Source: Eledone cirrhosa (Eukaryota). Taken from it: a stretch of DNA of 64,000 bases. Under the pieces are notes generated by a model that was not told where the DNA came from, did not search any database, and saw only the letters and a list, made by a program, of their open reading frames with translations. The stretch is from NCBI GenBank assembly GCA_964016885.1, contig OZ024741.1:383718001-383782000 (forward strand), in the 5' to 3' direction. Both the position numbers and the translations under genes were made by a program. Shown one piece after another: positions 13,300-27,630 of this stretch. How positions within the stretch are numbered: position 1 is the stretch's first letter; every line of letters begins with the position of its first letter.

Positions 13300-14157
13300 A
13301 TCTTCTCTTGGTTGTCCATCGTAAACGATGATGACATCTTCATTGTTGTTCCCGTCTGCCGTGGGCGCGAAGGTGGCTATGGAGGCCGATCCTTGACTTG
13401 CAGGTCCGGAGACAGTGAGGGCAGGGGAAGAGACCGGAGTCGCTTGGGGCAGCTGCTAATGCCTTTCTCCTCCTTTCACGAGCCTCAGTGACCACTGCCC
13501 GTCTCTTCTCTTCAAAAGAGTCTTTGGCGCGTCTGTTAAGGGCTGACCAGGCCGCCCACGTGCGGGTTTGCGATGGCAACTCCCAGAGGTTACCTCCGCC
13601 TGTCATCTCCGCCTCTCGCTCATCGCTGCAGGGCTTTGGGAGAGCACGCTAAAGAAGAAACATGTGCGGGAAAGGTTTATAGTGGGAGGGCCACTGCACA
13701 GTGACGGTCCCACTCACTCGGCCGCAGAAGCCAGAACCGGTGATACGGAGTACCGTCACGACCAGGGAGTTCCTTGGCTGCAGTGGATGGCCACGACGTC
13801 TGTAGTGCCTTGCCGTGCCCTAGCGCTCCACACCGCTTGCTGTCGCCGCCTTCGTGACCGTTGGGACGATGTTGTCCTCCTCCACTCACTACGCCGGACC
13901 CAGTCTTCGCATGCAAGGGTAGGCATCCCTATCTAACTCACCGGGGAGATTCAGACCCATCCGGATACCCTCGACCTGGTTCGGCCCGCCAGCCAAGGCG
14001 GTTTACCGGGGTGTGGCAGTTGTCGCATGCTACAGCTTCTTGGGGCCACTGGTGAGAGCTGAGTGTCAGGTGGGGCCCAATGTGGGACGAGCTGTCCTGA
14101 AAAGGGCATGGCTACACCCCCCTATAGAGTTACATGCACCTCCCTGACACCCCAGGC
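13300..14157 (-). mobile_element. Internally deleted RTE-type element (putative 5' UTR joined to the C-terminal zinc finger and 3' end)
   Basis: FPCPHCLRTCKSRIGLHSHLRAH C2H2 terminus; 3' end GATGGACAACCAAGAGAAG; GC-rich non-coding 5' part; no EN or RT between them. Confidence 0.7.
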
Positions 14158-14206
14158 ATATACATGCACATACATATGCACATGTGTATATACATATTTA
14201 CACATT

Positions 14207-14401
14207 TTTGGATGACCGTTGACTCTTATCAGTTCTTCCGCCCTTTGTCAGGTTTTGTTTTTTCTCCAGCAGGGCGTCCAAAATCACCCTCCTCACCAAG
14301 TAAACTTGAGTGCTACTGGTAACATGTAAACCTGTACAACCTGTCACATGGTCGGGTCGTCCTAATACATACATACATACATACATACATACATACATAC
14401 A

Positions 14402-14435
<34 letters not shown>

Positions 14436-14842
14436 CATGGTGGCTGCCAACTCGTTTTCGAGTACGGCCACTACTTTATATCCATGTAGGAGAACCCCTA
14501 CCGATGCGCTGAACGAGTGTAACTTTTTAGTCCAGCCAGCCACTTGAAAACTCTGGTACAAACACTACACCTGTGACAATTATTGACACATAGTGCTGGG
14601 CCCATGGTACCATGTCACGACAAGAGCAGAGAGATCTCCAGATATAAAGCAATGCCTGTGCCGTGAAGTTTTTATAGAGAGCAAAGGCACTGCACAAAGC
14701 CAGTCCCACTCTCTTAACCAAGATGATATTTACCAAAAAGAAGAATAACATCATTGGATACCATCAGGTTTGCAGGTGTTATATCAGAGTTTTCCTTCTC
14801 CTAGAATTCTGCCTTGACAAAGGCTAAGGGGTCATCTCTCCC
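14207..14842 (-). mobile_element. Two fragments of the ~600 bp RTE-like element (14207-14363, 14438-14842) separated by (TACA)n
   Basis: Similarity to 2650-3252. Confidence 0.7.
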
Positions 14843-14895
14843 ATACATACATACATACATACATACATACATACATACATACATACATACATACA

Positions 14896-14926
<31 letters not shown>

Positions 14927-14948
14927 GTTTTCCTTTCAGATAGACGCG

Positions 14949-15730
14949 CTTCATTCTTGCTCTTTTGTTGGCATGTAAACAGAACTGCAAGCACTAGTGT
15001 TTCTGAGTATCACCCTTCATCAGTACAGCTCACTGTTCACCTACCAACTGATGAAAGGTGATACCCAGAAACATTAGTGTCTGCAGTAATGTTTACATGC
15101 CAATAAAAGAGCAAGAATGAAGGGTTCATTCTACTGACATGGCTATAAAAATGAAGTTTGTTTGTATAATTGCAAACGAATCGAATGTTATTATTAATAT
15201 TCGAAAAAAATAAAGTACCAGTAATGCACTGGGTAATTACTGGCCTTGTGCCTAAATTAGAAACAATTATTAATATTCGAAAAACTCAGATTACATTTAT
15301 TGTATTCAGCTATGTAGAGCGAAAATTTCCTTTTTTTATTTAATGTGGCAAAGCCAGCCATTTATAGCTCGTATACAGGAAACTGACTGACCAGTCTGCT
15401 GATATGCAAATCTGGCTGATCAGTGGATCTGCTAATATGCAAATCTGACTGATCAGCCAGTCTGCTAATATGCAAATTAGGCCGATCAATCACTTTAGAA
15501 AATAGCATATATTTTCACTAGCTCTGACACTTAGCAGGTGAACAGTGAGCTGTACTGATGAAGTGTGATACCCAGAAACATTAGTGTCTGCAGTTCTGTT
15601 TACATGCCAACAAAAGAGCAATAATGAAGGGTTCATTCTACTAACATGGCTATAAAATGAGGCTTGTTTGTATAATTGCAAACGAATCGAATGTTATTAT
15701 TAATATTCGAAAAACTCAGATTACATTTAT
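14949..15730 (+). mobile_element. HHR-bearing non-coding element: ~431 nt unit present ~1.4 times, plus an inverted arm at 14949-15042
   Basis: CTGATGA...GATACCCAGAAACATTAGTGTC at 15048 and 15555; 507 bp spacing includes a 76 bp SINE-tail insertion with duplicated TTATTAATATTCGAAAAA; ends in (TA)n. Confidence 0.8.
15547..15596 (+). ncRNA. Minimal type I hammerhead ribozyme motif
   Basis: GAGCTGTA-CTGATGA-AGTGTGATACCCA-GAAAC-ATTAGT-GTC-TGCAGTTC; 8 bp stem I with G-U pairs; the copy at 14982-15031 (-) has stem II GGGT/ACTC but a GCT triplet. Confidence 0.75.
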
Positions 15731-15831
15731 ATATATATATATATGTAGAAGTTCTATTTAAATTGTTGGGATACAGCAAGCAAATATTTTTATAACTGAT
15801 ATAAAGCACTCAACAAATTATTGGAGTAAAA

Positions 15832-16460
15832 ATACGATATATTAACAAATGGAAACTATATTTATAAAACCATATTTATTTCATTATACATATTTCAAGA
15901 ACATCAAGTTAAATTATGGTGTGCTTTCATCAGATAAAATATAATATAGATCAGTTTTATAAATAAATATTGACATACCCTTAAAGAATGCGTCCATTTC
16001 TTTTACTATTATGCAAATTAGTGTCGGATATTTTTAAATCACAGTAGATTTAAAATAAGCCGTTGGGGTATGGAGAAAGGGAATTGTTTTCTTATTTTCC
16101 TCTTAGAGTTTGCCCTTTTTTCTCTTTTTTCTCTTTTTTCTCTTTTTTCTCTTTTTTCTCTCTCTTTTCTTTCTCTTTCTCCATACCCCAACGGCTTATT
16201 TTAAATCTACTGTGATTTTAAAATATCCGACACTAATTTGCATAATAGTATAAATAAATTTATAACCCCACTATCCGGGAGCTTCCAAAAGAAATGATCG
16301 CATTATTTTAAGTGTATGTCAATATTTATTTATAAAACTGATCTATATTATATTTTTTCTGATGAAAGCACACCATAATTTAACTTGGTGTCCTTGAAAT
16401 ATGTATAATGAAATAAATATGGTTTTATAAATATAGTTTCCATTTGTTAATATATCGTAT
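15832..16460. mobile_element. Head-to-head inverted HHR element (arms 15832-16079 and 16175-16460)
   Basis: Arms are reverse complements around a pyrimidine-rich spacer; TA tracts on both sides. Confidence 0.8.
16351..16415 (+). ncRNA. Hammerhead ribozyme motif (mirror copy 15877-15941 on minus)
   Basis: TATTTTTT-CTGATGA-AAGCACACCA..TGGTGTCCTT-GAAAT-ATGT-ATA-ATGAAATA; ~9 bp stem II. Confidence 0.7.
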
Positions 16461-16502
16461 ATATATATATATATTATACATTCACGCACATACGTATAAA
16501 TA

Positions 16503-16569
<67 letters not shown>

Positions 16570-19500
16570 GTATCTGTATATGTATATATATATATACTCA
16601 TGCACATATATACACTCACTAAAGTATACACGCGCTCGCTTCATACATGCGAAGATATATGAACAGGTTACAACTACATGGATTGTGTATATGTATTTAC
16701 TACTACTCTTGCGGAATAAATAGCGGACAAGCCACTAGAACAATAGAATCAAGTTTCGTAAAGTAATTGTCACGCAGTAAATTCATGTTTGTTTTGTTGG
16801 GCGTTGATGCAACACGGTTTTGTATAGTTTAAATCAACCAATGATTATCAAGTCCAGACATATGGTTCACTAACGGCTGTCATGCTGTGTATATATAACG
16901 TCCGTACAAAAATATCCTCGCAAATCTATATAGATTATTTATGTTAAAACGATAATGGCGCTATTTTAAACTGTGCATACACATATGTTACTGAAAATAA
17001 TATGTTGATAATCCTCAATACAAAGTTTGTTTTTATTCATTTAATTTAAGTTTTTTATTCATTTATTTCGTGTTTATATTGAATTATTTTCTATTCGACA
17101 ACAAAAATACAATTAAAAGACCTTAGAAAAGAGATCCTATAGATAAAATAGTACAAAATATACACAATCTGTTGGACAGTAAATTTCAGTCACGGCGAAG
17201 ATGGTAAAAGGGTAGCCACCATAACAACCAGCGAAATCTGCCTGAACAGCCATTCCACATCACGTGAGTCTTTCAAAAAAGATGACGTACTCAACTCGAT
17301 TTGACGGAGGAAAAAGACTGTCTGCAGTCTGGGAACACAGACGGTCTGAATGGTGACCGACATAAATTAAATCCGTTCGTTAATTCATGGTATTTTGTGG
17401 CTGAACTGAGAGGTAGCATAACACCTGGCATTCAAAAAGATTGAATTACCCCACTTAAATAGAAATTGTTATTCCTCTATATGAAACTATATCTGTTTCA
17501 CTTATTTTAAACAACAAAAAAGACATTAAAACAAAAACGGGGAAAAGGTTTTATAAATCCTATATCCAAAATTCCTGTTTTACTAAACTTTCTTCTTCAA
17601 CCTTGATTGACTTACCGCTTGTTCACTACATTTCTCACACAAAAAAAAACAATTTTCCTCAACTGAATATCACGAGAGGCATGATGGTAGTAGAACTTCA
17701 GATAACAGATGACAGGGTTTGCCTCTGCGATCAAACCTTCATACACCTTTACAAATATCACTTGAAGAAGAAGGTGAGTGTGGAAGAGGAAATGCTGACT
17801 TTCATATTATTTGGTGAAAGGTGTGCATGAGGCAATAATGGCTACCTTCAATGGGTCTACTCTGAGTAAACAGCTGGGAAAATTCATTTTCCTTTGGTAT
17901 TCAGAGTAATCCGAAAATGGAGTTTTTTTTCTGAGTGACTCTAGACCCTTCTGTATTGCGATACATGTTTTCCATTGTAAATATTTTACATTTCATTTCA
18001 TTTAATTTTAATGTCTTCGACTGACTCAATACAACTCTCCACCTGTGTTTTGTAATTCATCCTCCTAATGTCGCCCTTGGAGCAAATAAGTAATCATTTG
18101 ACGTATAGAGTTACGGCCCTTGCCATTCTGAGTTCAAATCCCGCCAAGGTTAACTTTGCCTTTCATCCTTACGGGGTCAATAAAATAAAGTACCAGTAAT
18201 GCACTGGGTAATTGCTGGCCTTATGCCTAACGTAGAAACAATTATAATTGTTATCAGAATCGTGAAAGCATCGACCGAAATGCTTTGCCGCATTGGTTCC
18301 GACTCCTTACATTCACATTGCGTCGAGGTCGGATGTTCGTTTCACTTTTCCAGTATCGATAAAATCAAGTCCCAAATATGTACAGGGTCGATATATTCAT
18401 CTTTTCCCTTACTTGAAGTTGCTGGGCTTGTGTCAAAGAATTATTAGCTCATTGAAATTAACTTTATCTTTCATCACTTAAAAGTACTTGAAACAAGTAT
18501 CAGTTGTGTACTGGTGGCGATTCGGTGAACAATATTTCTCCCTTAAGTTGTGAGGCCCCGTGTCAATATAAGAAATCATTCCTATGAATTCCTAAACTTG
18601 ATCCTCTCCTCTTTTATCTGTTATACTATATGAAAAAGGGCAGCTCACATGACATTTCAATACGAGGAAATCACGACTTATGGGTTGCTACAGTAAGAAG
18701 CATCGTCAGAGACCTGGTTCAAGTACTTGCAAAACAGTGGACACAGCTAAAGGCATCTAAAGTTCAGATATTCGTGTTAAACTGGGTGATTGATCCAGTC
18801 GACTACCATTTCCCCATTATTTGTATTTTTGACTCTACACTTTTCAACACCACTCCACTCAACGTCACTATTTCTTCACTTTTATTCAATCTCGCTCCAC
18901 TTTTACTGTTTTCTCTCTCCTCCTATTCAACCTCACTCCTTTCCACCTAATTGTCCTCCTATTTAACCAAACTCCACTCCTCTTTTGTTTTCATTTTCAA
19001 CCTCATTCCATATTTTTGGTATTTTCTTTCATTATCCCGACCCAATTCCCTTCTTTCTCTCTCTATGTTTTATTTTCCATTTAATCGCTTCAATTTATTT
19101 CGGTTTTTGTTTTGTTTTTTCTTTATGTAAAAAAAAACAGCAGAAAATCTCTGGCAAGCCAAGAAATTGACACCAATTAGAAAGTTAGAAACTCTTTACC
19201 TAAAATATAGATCGTTTGAATAAATTCTGAAAGAAACTAATATTTGATTATATTTAAAGACTTACAAATTATAAGAAAAGTAGAACCTTGGAGCAAATTC
19301 TTTGGGGCATTAACATTCTCTCCGTATGTTCTGAGCTGATATTCTGGCATAGACAACTTTGTCTTTTAGACTTTCCAGTTCAACAGAATAAGTATTAATG
19401 TTTACTTTAGTCACCTGTATCTTAAACTGTAAATTCATAGCCCCAGGCTAATATGAGAAATCGGCATTATCTACATTTATTGGGGCACAGGGGGGAGAGC

Positions 19501-20189
19501 TATATATTGATTTCTAATTTAGGTTCAAGGTTAATAATTTGTGGGTAAAGGAGAATCGACAAATCGAACTTTGTACTATTTTATCGACTTATGCATATAT
19601 ATATGTTTGGGAATATATGCCCATGCATGTCTATTAGCTTATGCACGTGTAATTGTGGACGTTTAGGCACGTTGATATGTGTAGGTGTATGCATATATAA
19701 GTGTGTAAGATTATGCACTTGTATTCGTGTAAATCTAATCTCATGTATGCATGAAAATGTTTACTCATACATGAACATATGTGAGTTTAAGCACATAAAT
19801 GTGTGTTAATTTATGCACTTATATGTGTGACAATTAATATATGCCTGCGTGTGTTTATGGAAGAGACAAGACAAGTTAAAGAAACAGAAAATAATTACAG
19901 GCTGGAGAGTCATATAATTAAATAGCGACTATGATCGACAAAGTTAATTAAATATAATTCATTACACGAGATTTTAGTAAATCCCAAATTCCAGCATAAG
20001 ACCGTGTACGGAATTATTCTCTGACCCCGAGGGCATTAGCTGATTCGAACACGTCACTAGCAAATGACGCTTTATGCAGATAATTAATCCAGCAGGTAAT
20101 AACTAATCCGAACTCAAATGTAATGTCAAAGGATCTTCCTTCATATTGATTTCTGACAATCATATATTACACGATCTTCCTTTATATTA

Positions 20190-20670
20190 CAATGGTAAAA
20201 TAGCGAAGGTAGTGGTGATAGCGGCGGTGGTAGTGGTAGTGGAGTAGAAGGAGGTGGTGGTAGAGGAAGTGGTAGGAGATTTTGTGAGAAGAGTGACAGT
20301 TGTAGTGTTCGTGGCGGAAGAGTGGATTTGTTGTTGGAAGAGTAGTGGTGTTGTTGGCTGCGAAGGCGGTAGCGCTGTTGATATAAGTGTTCTTCTTTCA
20401 GGTTGAGGTATTGTTGGTGGTGTAGAAGTAGTGATAGTCGTAAAGGAGGCGGTGTTGGTAGGAAAAGGTTGTGTTGTAGTGTCCGTGGGGAGGAGTAGAT
20501 TGTTGTGTATTGGCTTTGGCGGTGGTGATGAATGTGTTGTGAATGAATTTACTGATATTGATATTGGCATTGTTGGAGCAGGCTGTGGTGATGGTGAGGC
20601 GTGTAGGAAGTAGCAGTAGAGGTGACGATGGTGGTGTTGGAGAGAGTGGTGGTGAAGGTGCTCGTGTTGT
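20190..20670. repeat. Degenerate (GGT/GTA)-rich low-complexity tract
   Basis: Direct reading. Confidence 0.7.
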
Positions 20671-22133
20671 TTTTATTGTTTCGTACCAGGTCAACCCTGA
20701 TTGCACTAAACTAAAATCAATAAAATTCTATCCGTGACCATCTTACGGTTCTATAATGTGCATGGAAACCAGAACTATATTGCAGATCGAGTTCTCCTTT
20801 TAAGACGGTAAAACGTGATTTGTGGTGGAGTTACCACGTCATAGTGTTTGTAGCACTAGTGGTGGCAGTGGTGTCGGTGGTGGTATTAGCCGTTGTGTCT
20901 AAAGTAACAGATGTGATGTAGATGTTAATAGTGAAGGTGGTGGTTATGGTGGAATTACATGCAAGCAACAAAAATATCTACCTGGTGGCGGATACCTTTG
21001 TCTGTTAATGTGAAATGTCTAATATATATACTTAAAAGGAATACCAAACTCAACTCTTGGTTGACCATTAAGCAACTTTAGCTGGTGTTTAGAGCCTATA
21101 GTAAAGAAGGGCCTCAGCAATGGCGGAGCCCCAGCATGGCCTCAGCCTGTCGGCTGTAATAGAGTAATTATCAAAAGGACATATGTATTTATGAGCGACC
21201 TTTTGGTGTAATATTTTTAAAAAGAGAGACCTCCAAGCTTTATGCATCTTAGGGCATCACCAAACTTTAATCTGACACTGGACAGACGTAAACAATGGCT
21301 ATTTTTAGTGTAAGGTAAAAACGGGAATAGTTTCCTGTAGCTTTCTTCAGAACTTAAGGGAAATTCAACTCACAACAGAGATTGTTAACTAACTAATTAG
21401 CTCCTTACAATCCGTAGCTTCCCTCTCCATGTTAACAATTTATAGCTATGTTATCTGTATCAGCGAAAAGTGTGCATACTCTTAACTGAACACAACATGA
21501 ATCGCTGAACCTTTGCTATGTTTTGTGACATTCTATCCACTTGCTCTGATGTCAGAAATGCTCAATACTGCAATCATGCTTTTCTTATTAGACAGACCTT
21601 CGTTTTCACGTTTTTATTTACATACTAATTACAAATATGAAATATGAATCCAAGAAAAATGTTACAGAAAACAGTCACAGAAAAACTCACAGGGTATAAA
21701 GCCCCATTTTACTTAATTATGATAAAAAGGGAAGTTTATTAAACATAGTGGAATCGTATATCTATGAAAAATATACGGGAAAACATCATTGAAAACTCTT
21801 AAACTCTGGTTTCATCTTTTTACTCTTTCCTAACCAAAAGAGTTACTTGTTTCTGTGTTTTTCTCAATTAAAAGTGTGACTATTTTTACTTTTTTCCATG
21901 ATTTCGTTCATCATGGAATATATCCGCCTATGAGGTAATAAAGTATATATTGCGCTAATGAATGAGTCTCTGCAATGTCATTTGGCCTGTCTTATACGGT
22001 GGATAATGTAGACAGAGGTGCATTGTGGCAAGAATAAAGATGGGATAGCCAAGACTATTTAATGGCGTTATTTTATAATTAGAAGTGCATAAGATATTAA
22101 AGATTCACTAACATCATTAACAATATATAGCAA

Positions 22134-22323
22134 GGGCGGTAGATTGGCAGTATCGGTAGAGAGTCAGACGCCATACTTTCCAGCAAAGAGTTACGTCCCT
22201 TTACGGACTGAGTTCAAATCCCGCCAAGGTTAACTTTGCCTTTCATCCTTACGGGGTCGATAAAATAATGTACCAGTAATGTACTGAGTAATTGCTGGCC
22301 TTGTGCCAAAAGTAGAAAAAATT
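22134..22323 (+). mobile_element. ~190 bp tRNA-derived SINE
   Basis: A-box-like TGGCAGTATCGG, B-box GAGTTCAAATC, core GCCTTTCATCCTTACGGGGTCGATAAA; further partial copies near 12268-12605, 18107-18243, 23448-23595 (-), 53329-53440 (-). Confidence 0.8.
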
Positions 22324-24260
22324 ATGAACAATATATTTTTAATGACTGATATTTTTCGCACATTCCAAGTGTCCTTCCTATATATCGCTACCGAAAATCC
22401 TTACATATATATAATGAGCCAATAAAGAATCCTCTGCTAGAAATAAGAGTAAATTTTTCCTCAAATCACAGCCTACTGTATAAAAATAAAGACATCGGAC
22501 AATGTGGTCCGGGATAATATATTCCTAAAACAAAAGACTGAATTGCCACACCTTGAATACCTTTGATCTGTGGTCTGCTTAATCAGAGCTAAGTTGTAGC
22601 TAATCGCCAACAAAAGCCTATGTCAATTATTTTTAGTACACTTCACACTCTGTCGTCTCTGATGTTAAACTGGAAGGCATTTGAGGAAGAACATCATCGA
22701 TTGATGAATAAACGAAAGGTTGAGACCCAGTTGCCAGTTATTGTTGTACCTACTGTTCTATATTAAGAAAGAAAAACAGTCTTTTCATGCTTCAGTGAAA
22801 GTTTATCTGAATAGACCTCAAGTAGAACTGGGTGTGGTTTGAGGCTCTTTTTCATAATACACAAGTTGACAGTTGATGCGGAAAACTATAATTAAGCAAA
22901 GCTCAAAATATCCTTTTCAGTTGAAAGGAACAAGAAATATTTTACAGCTGGCTCCAGTGTTACAAAGATTATCGACAAATCAATCATTTCTAAAAGCCTC
23001 ATGAGGTGTCCTGTTCCGGATTTTTCTCAAAAGGTAGCAAATGTACTATGTAGTTTTCAACAGGTCAAGTTTATAATATAACCATCAAATTAAATTTTAC
23101 CTTTGTTGCTTTTTTTTTTGTTTTTGTTGTTGTTTAATCATAGGTCAGCTAGACCAAGGAGCATATATTGTTCCATATATCCTCACTTTGTTTCTTTTAA
23201 GACAGCATGGAGCATTTTCTGACAGGTTGAGTGACCACATTGAAGTCCCTTCAATGGCTTATTATATTGTATTTGTTGTTGTTGTTATTGCTATGGTTGT
23301 TGTTATTCTATAGCTTGGTCAGTGAGAGGCCAGCGTTCATGGCCTTAAAGTGCTCTCTCATTCAAATGAACAGGGGAAAGGGGGACAGAAACTATAATCC
23401 ATCAGTTGCTGCAGTAGGAAACACCACAACAATATAAGTATACCAATTTCTAATTTAGGTACAAGGCCAGAAAACTTGGAGGAAGAGAAAACTTAATTAA
23501 ATCAATCCCAATACTTGACTAATGCTTTATTTTATCGACCCCAGAAGTTCGAAAGAATGAAAGGCAAAGTTAACCTCAGCGGAATTTGAACTCATGAAAT
23601 AAAGAGCCATATAGATATTGTAATTACATTATATTGTAAACTCTCCGTATTCTGAATATCATCGAGTTATGTGCATATCATATAATAGCACCAATTACTT
23701 GTAAGAGAATAAAGGAAGATAATGGACAGATGATGGTGTTAAGCAGTACAAGATAACTGATGTTCTATCTATGGACAGTCAGTCTTTATTGCGAGGTATA
23801 TCCTATTAATATTTCAGGTGTAAATCTCTTTAAGGTAGGCAAGGAAATGTATACAACATGGTGGAATAGTTAAGAGGTTCGCTTTGCAATTAATCAATCC
23901 TAGGATATATCCTACTGTAGTATTTTTGGCAATTATCATTTACCATAGCCTCAGATAGATCCATGCCTTGTGATTGAAGATAGGTAGCTGGAAACTGTTT
24001 GGAAACCCAACTGAAAGACGTGTTTATGTGTTTGAGTATAATCACATACACACATTATATATAGATATATAGATATATATATTTGTGTGTGTGTGTGTGT
24101 GTACATATTTCAGTTTTGGTTTTACTTTTGATTTTCTTTCTCTGGGTAATTGTATTATGTGTGGTGTCCTTTTCACTAGTATATCTTTCTTGTATTTAGC
24201 TGTTGGGTAGAATCGTCTAAGGAAACATTATACATGTATATATATATATATATATATACA

Positions 24261-24317
<57 letters not shown>

Positions 24318-27300
24318 GGGAGGAGGGAGTTAGTTCCACAACGAATTAGCATACCTTGATCGAGAGCGTGCGTTTCACCAAGCGAATTTTCAACCAGTGA
24401 ATGTCCACAGCCATACATGGTTCTGCCGAGGTCCTCATTATTTTCCTATTACCCATTCTACTACCCTAACTATTGAGTACCCTAAGTATTGCGTATGCGT
24501 ACGTTATATGAGTCACACTCATATGTAATTACATCAATTCATTGTCTTCATTCATGTGTACGCGGCGCATAACAGAGCTTGCCATTCACACAACATAACA
24601 CAGTCCACATCAAATTTCAGTCCTCATCTTTGTTAATAGCTATCAACTTCTATCTGAACAGGAAATATAGCCAAATAGAAAATGTAACATGAACGATGGT
24701 AAAATTATCAAAAACAACTTATAGATAAAACATTACATATAAATATACATATATATGTATAGGTGTATGTATGAATGTGTGTATATATATATTTATTCAT
24801 ATATATATACATGTATATGTATGTATATATGTATGTATATGTGTATATATATATATAGGTATATATACATATATACATGTATGTGCGTGTATATATATAT
24901 ATGTGTGTATATATATATATAAGTTTATATGTATATATATGTGCGTGCGTGTGTGTGTGTGTGCGCGCGTGGTTGTGTATGTGTGTGTACATAGATGTAA
25001 ATGCAACTATTTGAAAGTACTTAAGCCGAAACTCAATCTCTGTATGATATGAAAGATTATGATGAAATCGTAATATACAAAAATGATAAGAGTAATTTAT
25101 TCGGTGTTCTAGACAACGATAGAAATCATCATAAAAATTAACATTCTACTTTAAGATAACAGTACATTATAACATTCTTACATAAGCAGAAGGTCAGAAG
25201 TTTTAGAGACAGGGAATAGTCGATTGCATTGCCCGAAGCACTGGGATTCTACTTATTTTATCGTTCCCAGTATTTAACCTCAGAATATAAACGATCGTAA
25301 TTGAACATCCCAATTTATTTTGTCCATCGCCACATTTCTGACAAATCCCCATCGTTATAACAGTAAACTAATGAGAATTAAGAAAGATAGCACTCTTGAA
25401 ATAAAGATTGAGCTTCATATATTATGATTGTTAGATTAATTTTTTATTCTGACGCAATCGCTTAAATAATATTCTCTCCTGTCACAGTGGAGGAAACTTC
25501 ACCTCATCTCATATCTAAGGAATTATAAATATTCACAAGCTATGTAGCGCCCTTCTTCATTAACCATAATTTCTAAAATTAAATCTCCAATACATAAAAT
25601 CAAAATATTATTAAATATTAGATAGCGAGGAAGAATGTTATATATTCATGATGAAGTATTTGATATTTTAGAAAAGACCGACCAAGTAGATCTTCTAAGG
25701 AAGTCGAAAGCATTTTCGCTAAAGTAATGTGGAGGGAATTAATTCACATAATACTGGAAGATGTCTACAGACTCCCAAGTGAGTCGTAGGGGCGCTATGG
25801 TAAAATACAGTGTTTCTTGGGCATCTTAAAAACATGGCAGAATCCATCTCTTCTACGGGTTATGTGTACAGATACCCAGTATTAAAACCTCCCACTATAT
25901 GAAACAGCGGAAGGAGGTTTTGCTCAGTTGGTCGACTTGCAAGAATTAGCAGCAACATTTTTTTTAAATATCACCCCATAACCTTAAAATGAAAGAAAAA
26001 AATCACACATTTAACAAAAGATGGATAGTCAAGACTTTAGCGACTTTAGTTAAATGTCTTCTCTTTCACAATTGACCTGAGGCTTAACAACAGCCTCCCA
26101 TTAAACGGACTATCGATTGAATAAAATAACACACATATTTTCTAAAATTCAGAAGTCACTGTCATAAAAAATGTAAGAATGCTGTGGACAGCCCTGTAGT
26201 AGGTATATAAAAATATTGAATAGTTACGTCTAGAGCATCTTTTATAACAAATTGACTCAATCAAGACAGCATCAACAACACTATGGACAAAAACTGTTGT
26301 ACAGCACATTCAAATTAATTTTCCAGATCAATTTTTACACCCATGCAATTTTCTGCCTACTACGTAGGAACAAAAAGTAAGTGACTTAAGCAATAAACCT
26401 ACAATTTATACCATTTAATATTTTTGCGACGAACAGGCAAGTAAAAAACCAAATAGACTCAAAATAAATAAATAAAATGTATAAATAGATAACTAAATAA
26501 AACTTAGAAAATGCCTACGTTCTCTTTCATATCCAATTTAGCTGCGATAAAAAATTAACATGATTCGAAAACTATATTTCTATGTAAATGTATGGTTATG
26601 AAATGACATTAAAAACATGTAGGCACTATAAAATGACTTCTCATGCATACAGATTGCAAATGTTCACGTAAGTATAAAACATCAGTTACAGAATCTTTGA
26701 AAATACATATGAAAAATACTTTAAAAAATGGAAATTAATATAAGAAAAATGGGAAACAACAAGTGCATAAATAATATAGGTTGCTTCACTCGTGAAAGCA
26801 ATTAAAATTATTTACAAACTCTTTAGATTTTATTACCATTGAAGTCCATTAGTTTAGATAATTTCGTGGGCTTTAGGGAGAAGAGAAATCTAAAACCTTT
26901 ACGGAATTTGAAGTCAAAACGTGTAAAGTCATAACTAAAAGCCGCAAATCATTTTGTCCGGCGCTCTACAGATACGACCAATCTATCGTTCAAACAGACG
27001 TGAATATACAACAAAGATAACACTCAATAGCGCAGTCAAACTGCGTATGAAGTATATAGCATGAAATATATGCATTCATGCTATAAAATAGAGGAAGCCA
27101 TTATGTAAACAAAACATTTATAACAATAAATACAACAGGCATCACACACTAACATAATCTACTAATGATAATATTCAATACAAATTCAAAATCTATTTAA
27201 CTAAATGAATAAATCGATTACTACAATCACAAGACTCATGGTTCAATCATTCTGCGTAGAACTCTTTGACAAATATCTTTCACAACAACCTTGTTTCGGA

Positions 27301-27630
27301 AGTCCGTTGGATGGATTATGTAATTTAATAGTCCACACATATATCGCCTTCTCTAGAAGAAATCAAATCTGGAGACGGATGGGCTCCGCCAGCTTTTAAA
27401 CATTCTAAACACTTCGCATGCTATCACGGCGCCTCTGCAAATCCATCATGAGTTACGGTTTCATGAATGTAGGTATATTTATATAAGTATGTGTATGTGC
27501 ATATGTATATATATATATATATCCAGGGAGAGTATCGCGGAGTTACTGTAGGTTCACCCAGGTGAGCACTCGATGTTTAGGTTCGCGTCAGTATCGAAGT
27601 GTAGAGCTAGACAAAGTGTAATATAATAAT

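Noticed and set aside
17190-17773. Possible host exons (AG...GTGAGT at 17190-17263 and a donor-like site near 17773)
   Set aside because: No recognisable protein; splice-like motifs alone are insufficient without RNA-seq
20187-20737. Thr/Pro-rich mucin-like ORFs
   Set aside because: Degenerate trinucleotide low-complexity DNA with no supporting gene structure
27200-27470. Possible Tc1/mariner transposase relic (SPDL-like on minus)
   Set aside because: Too degraded to support; no terminal repeats seen
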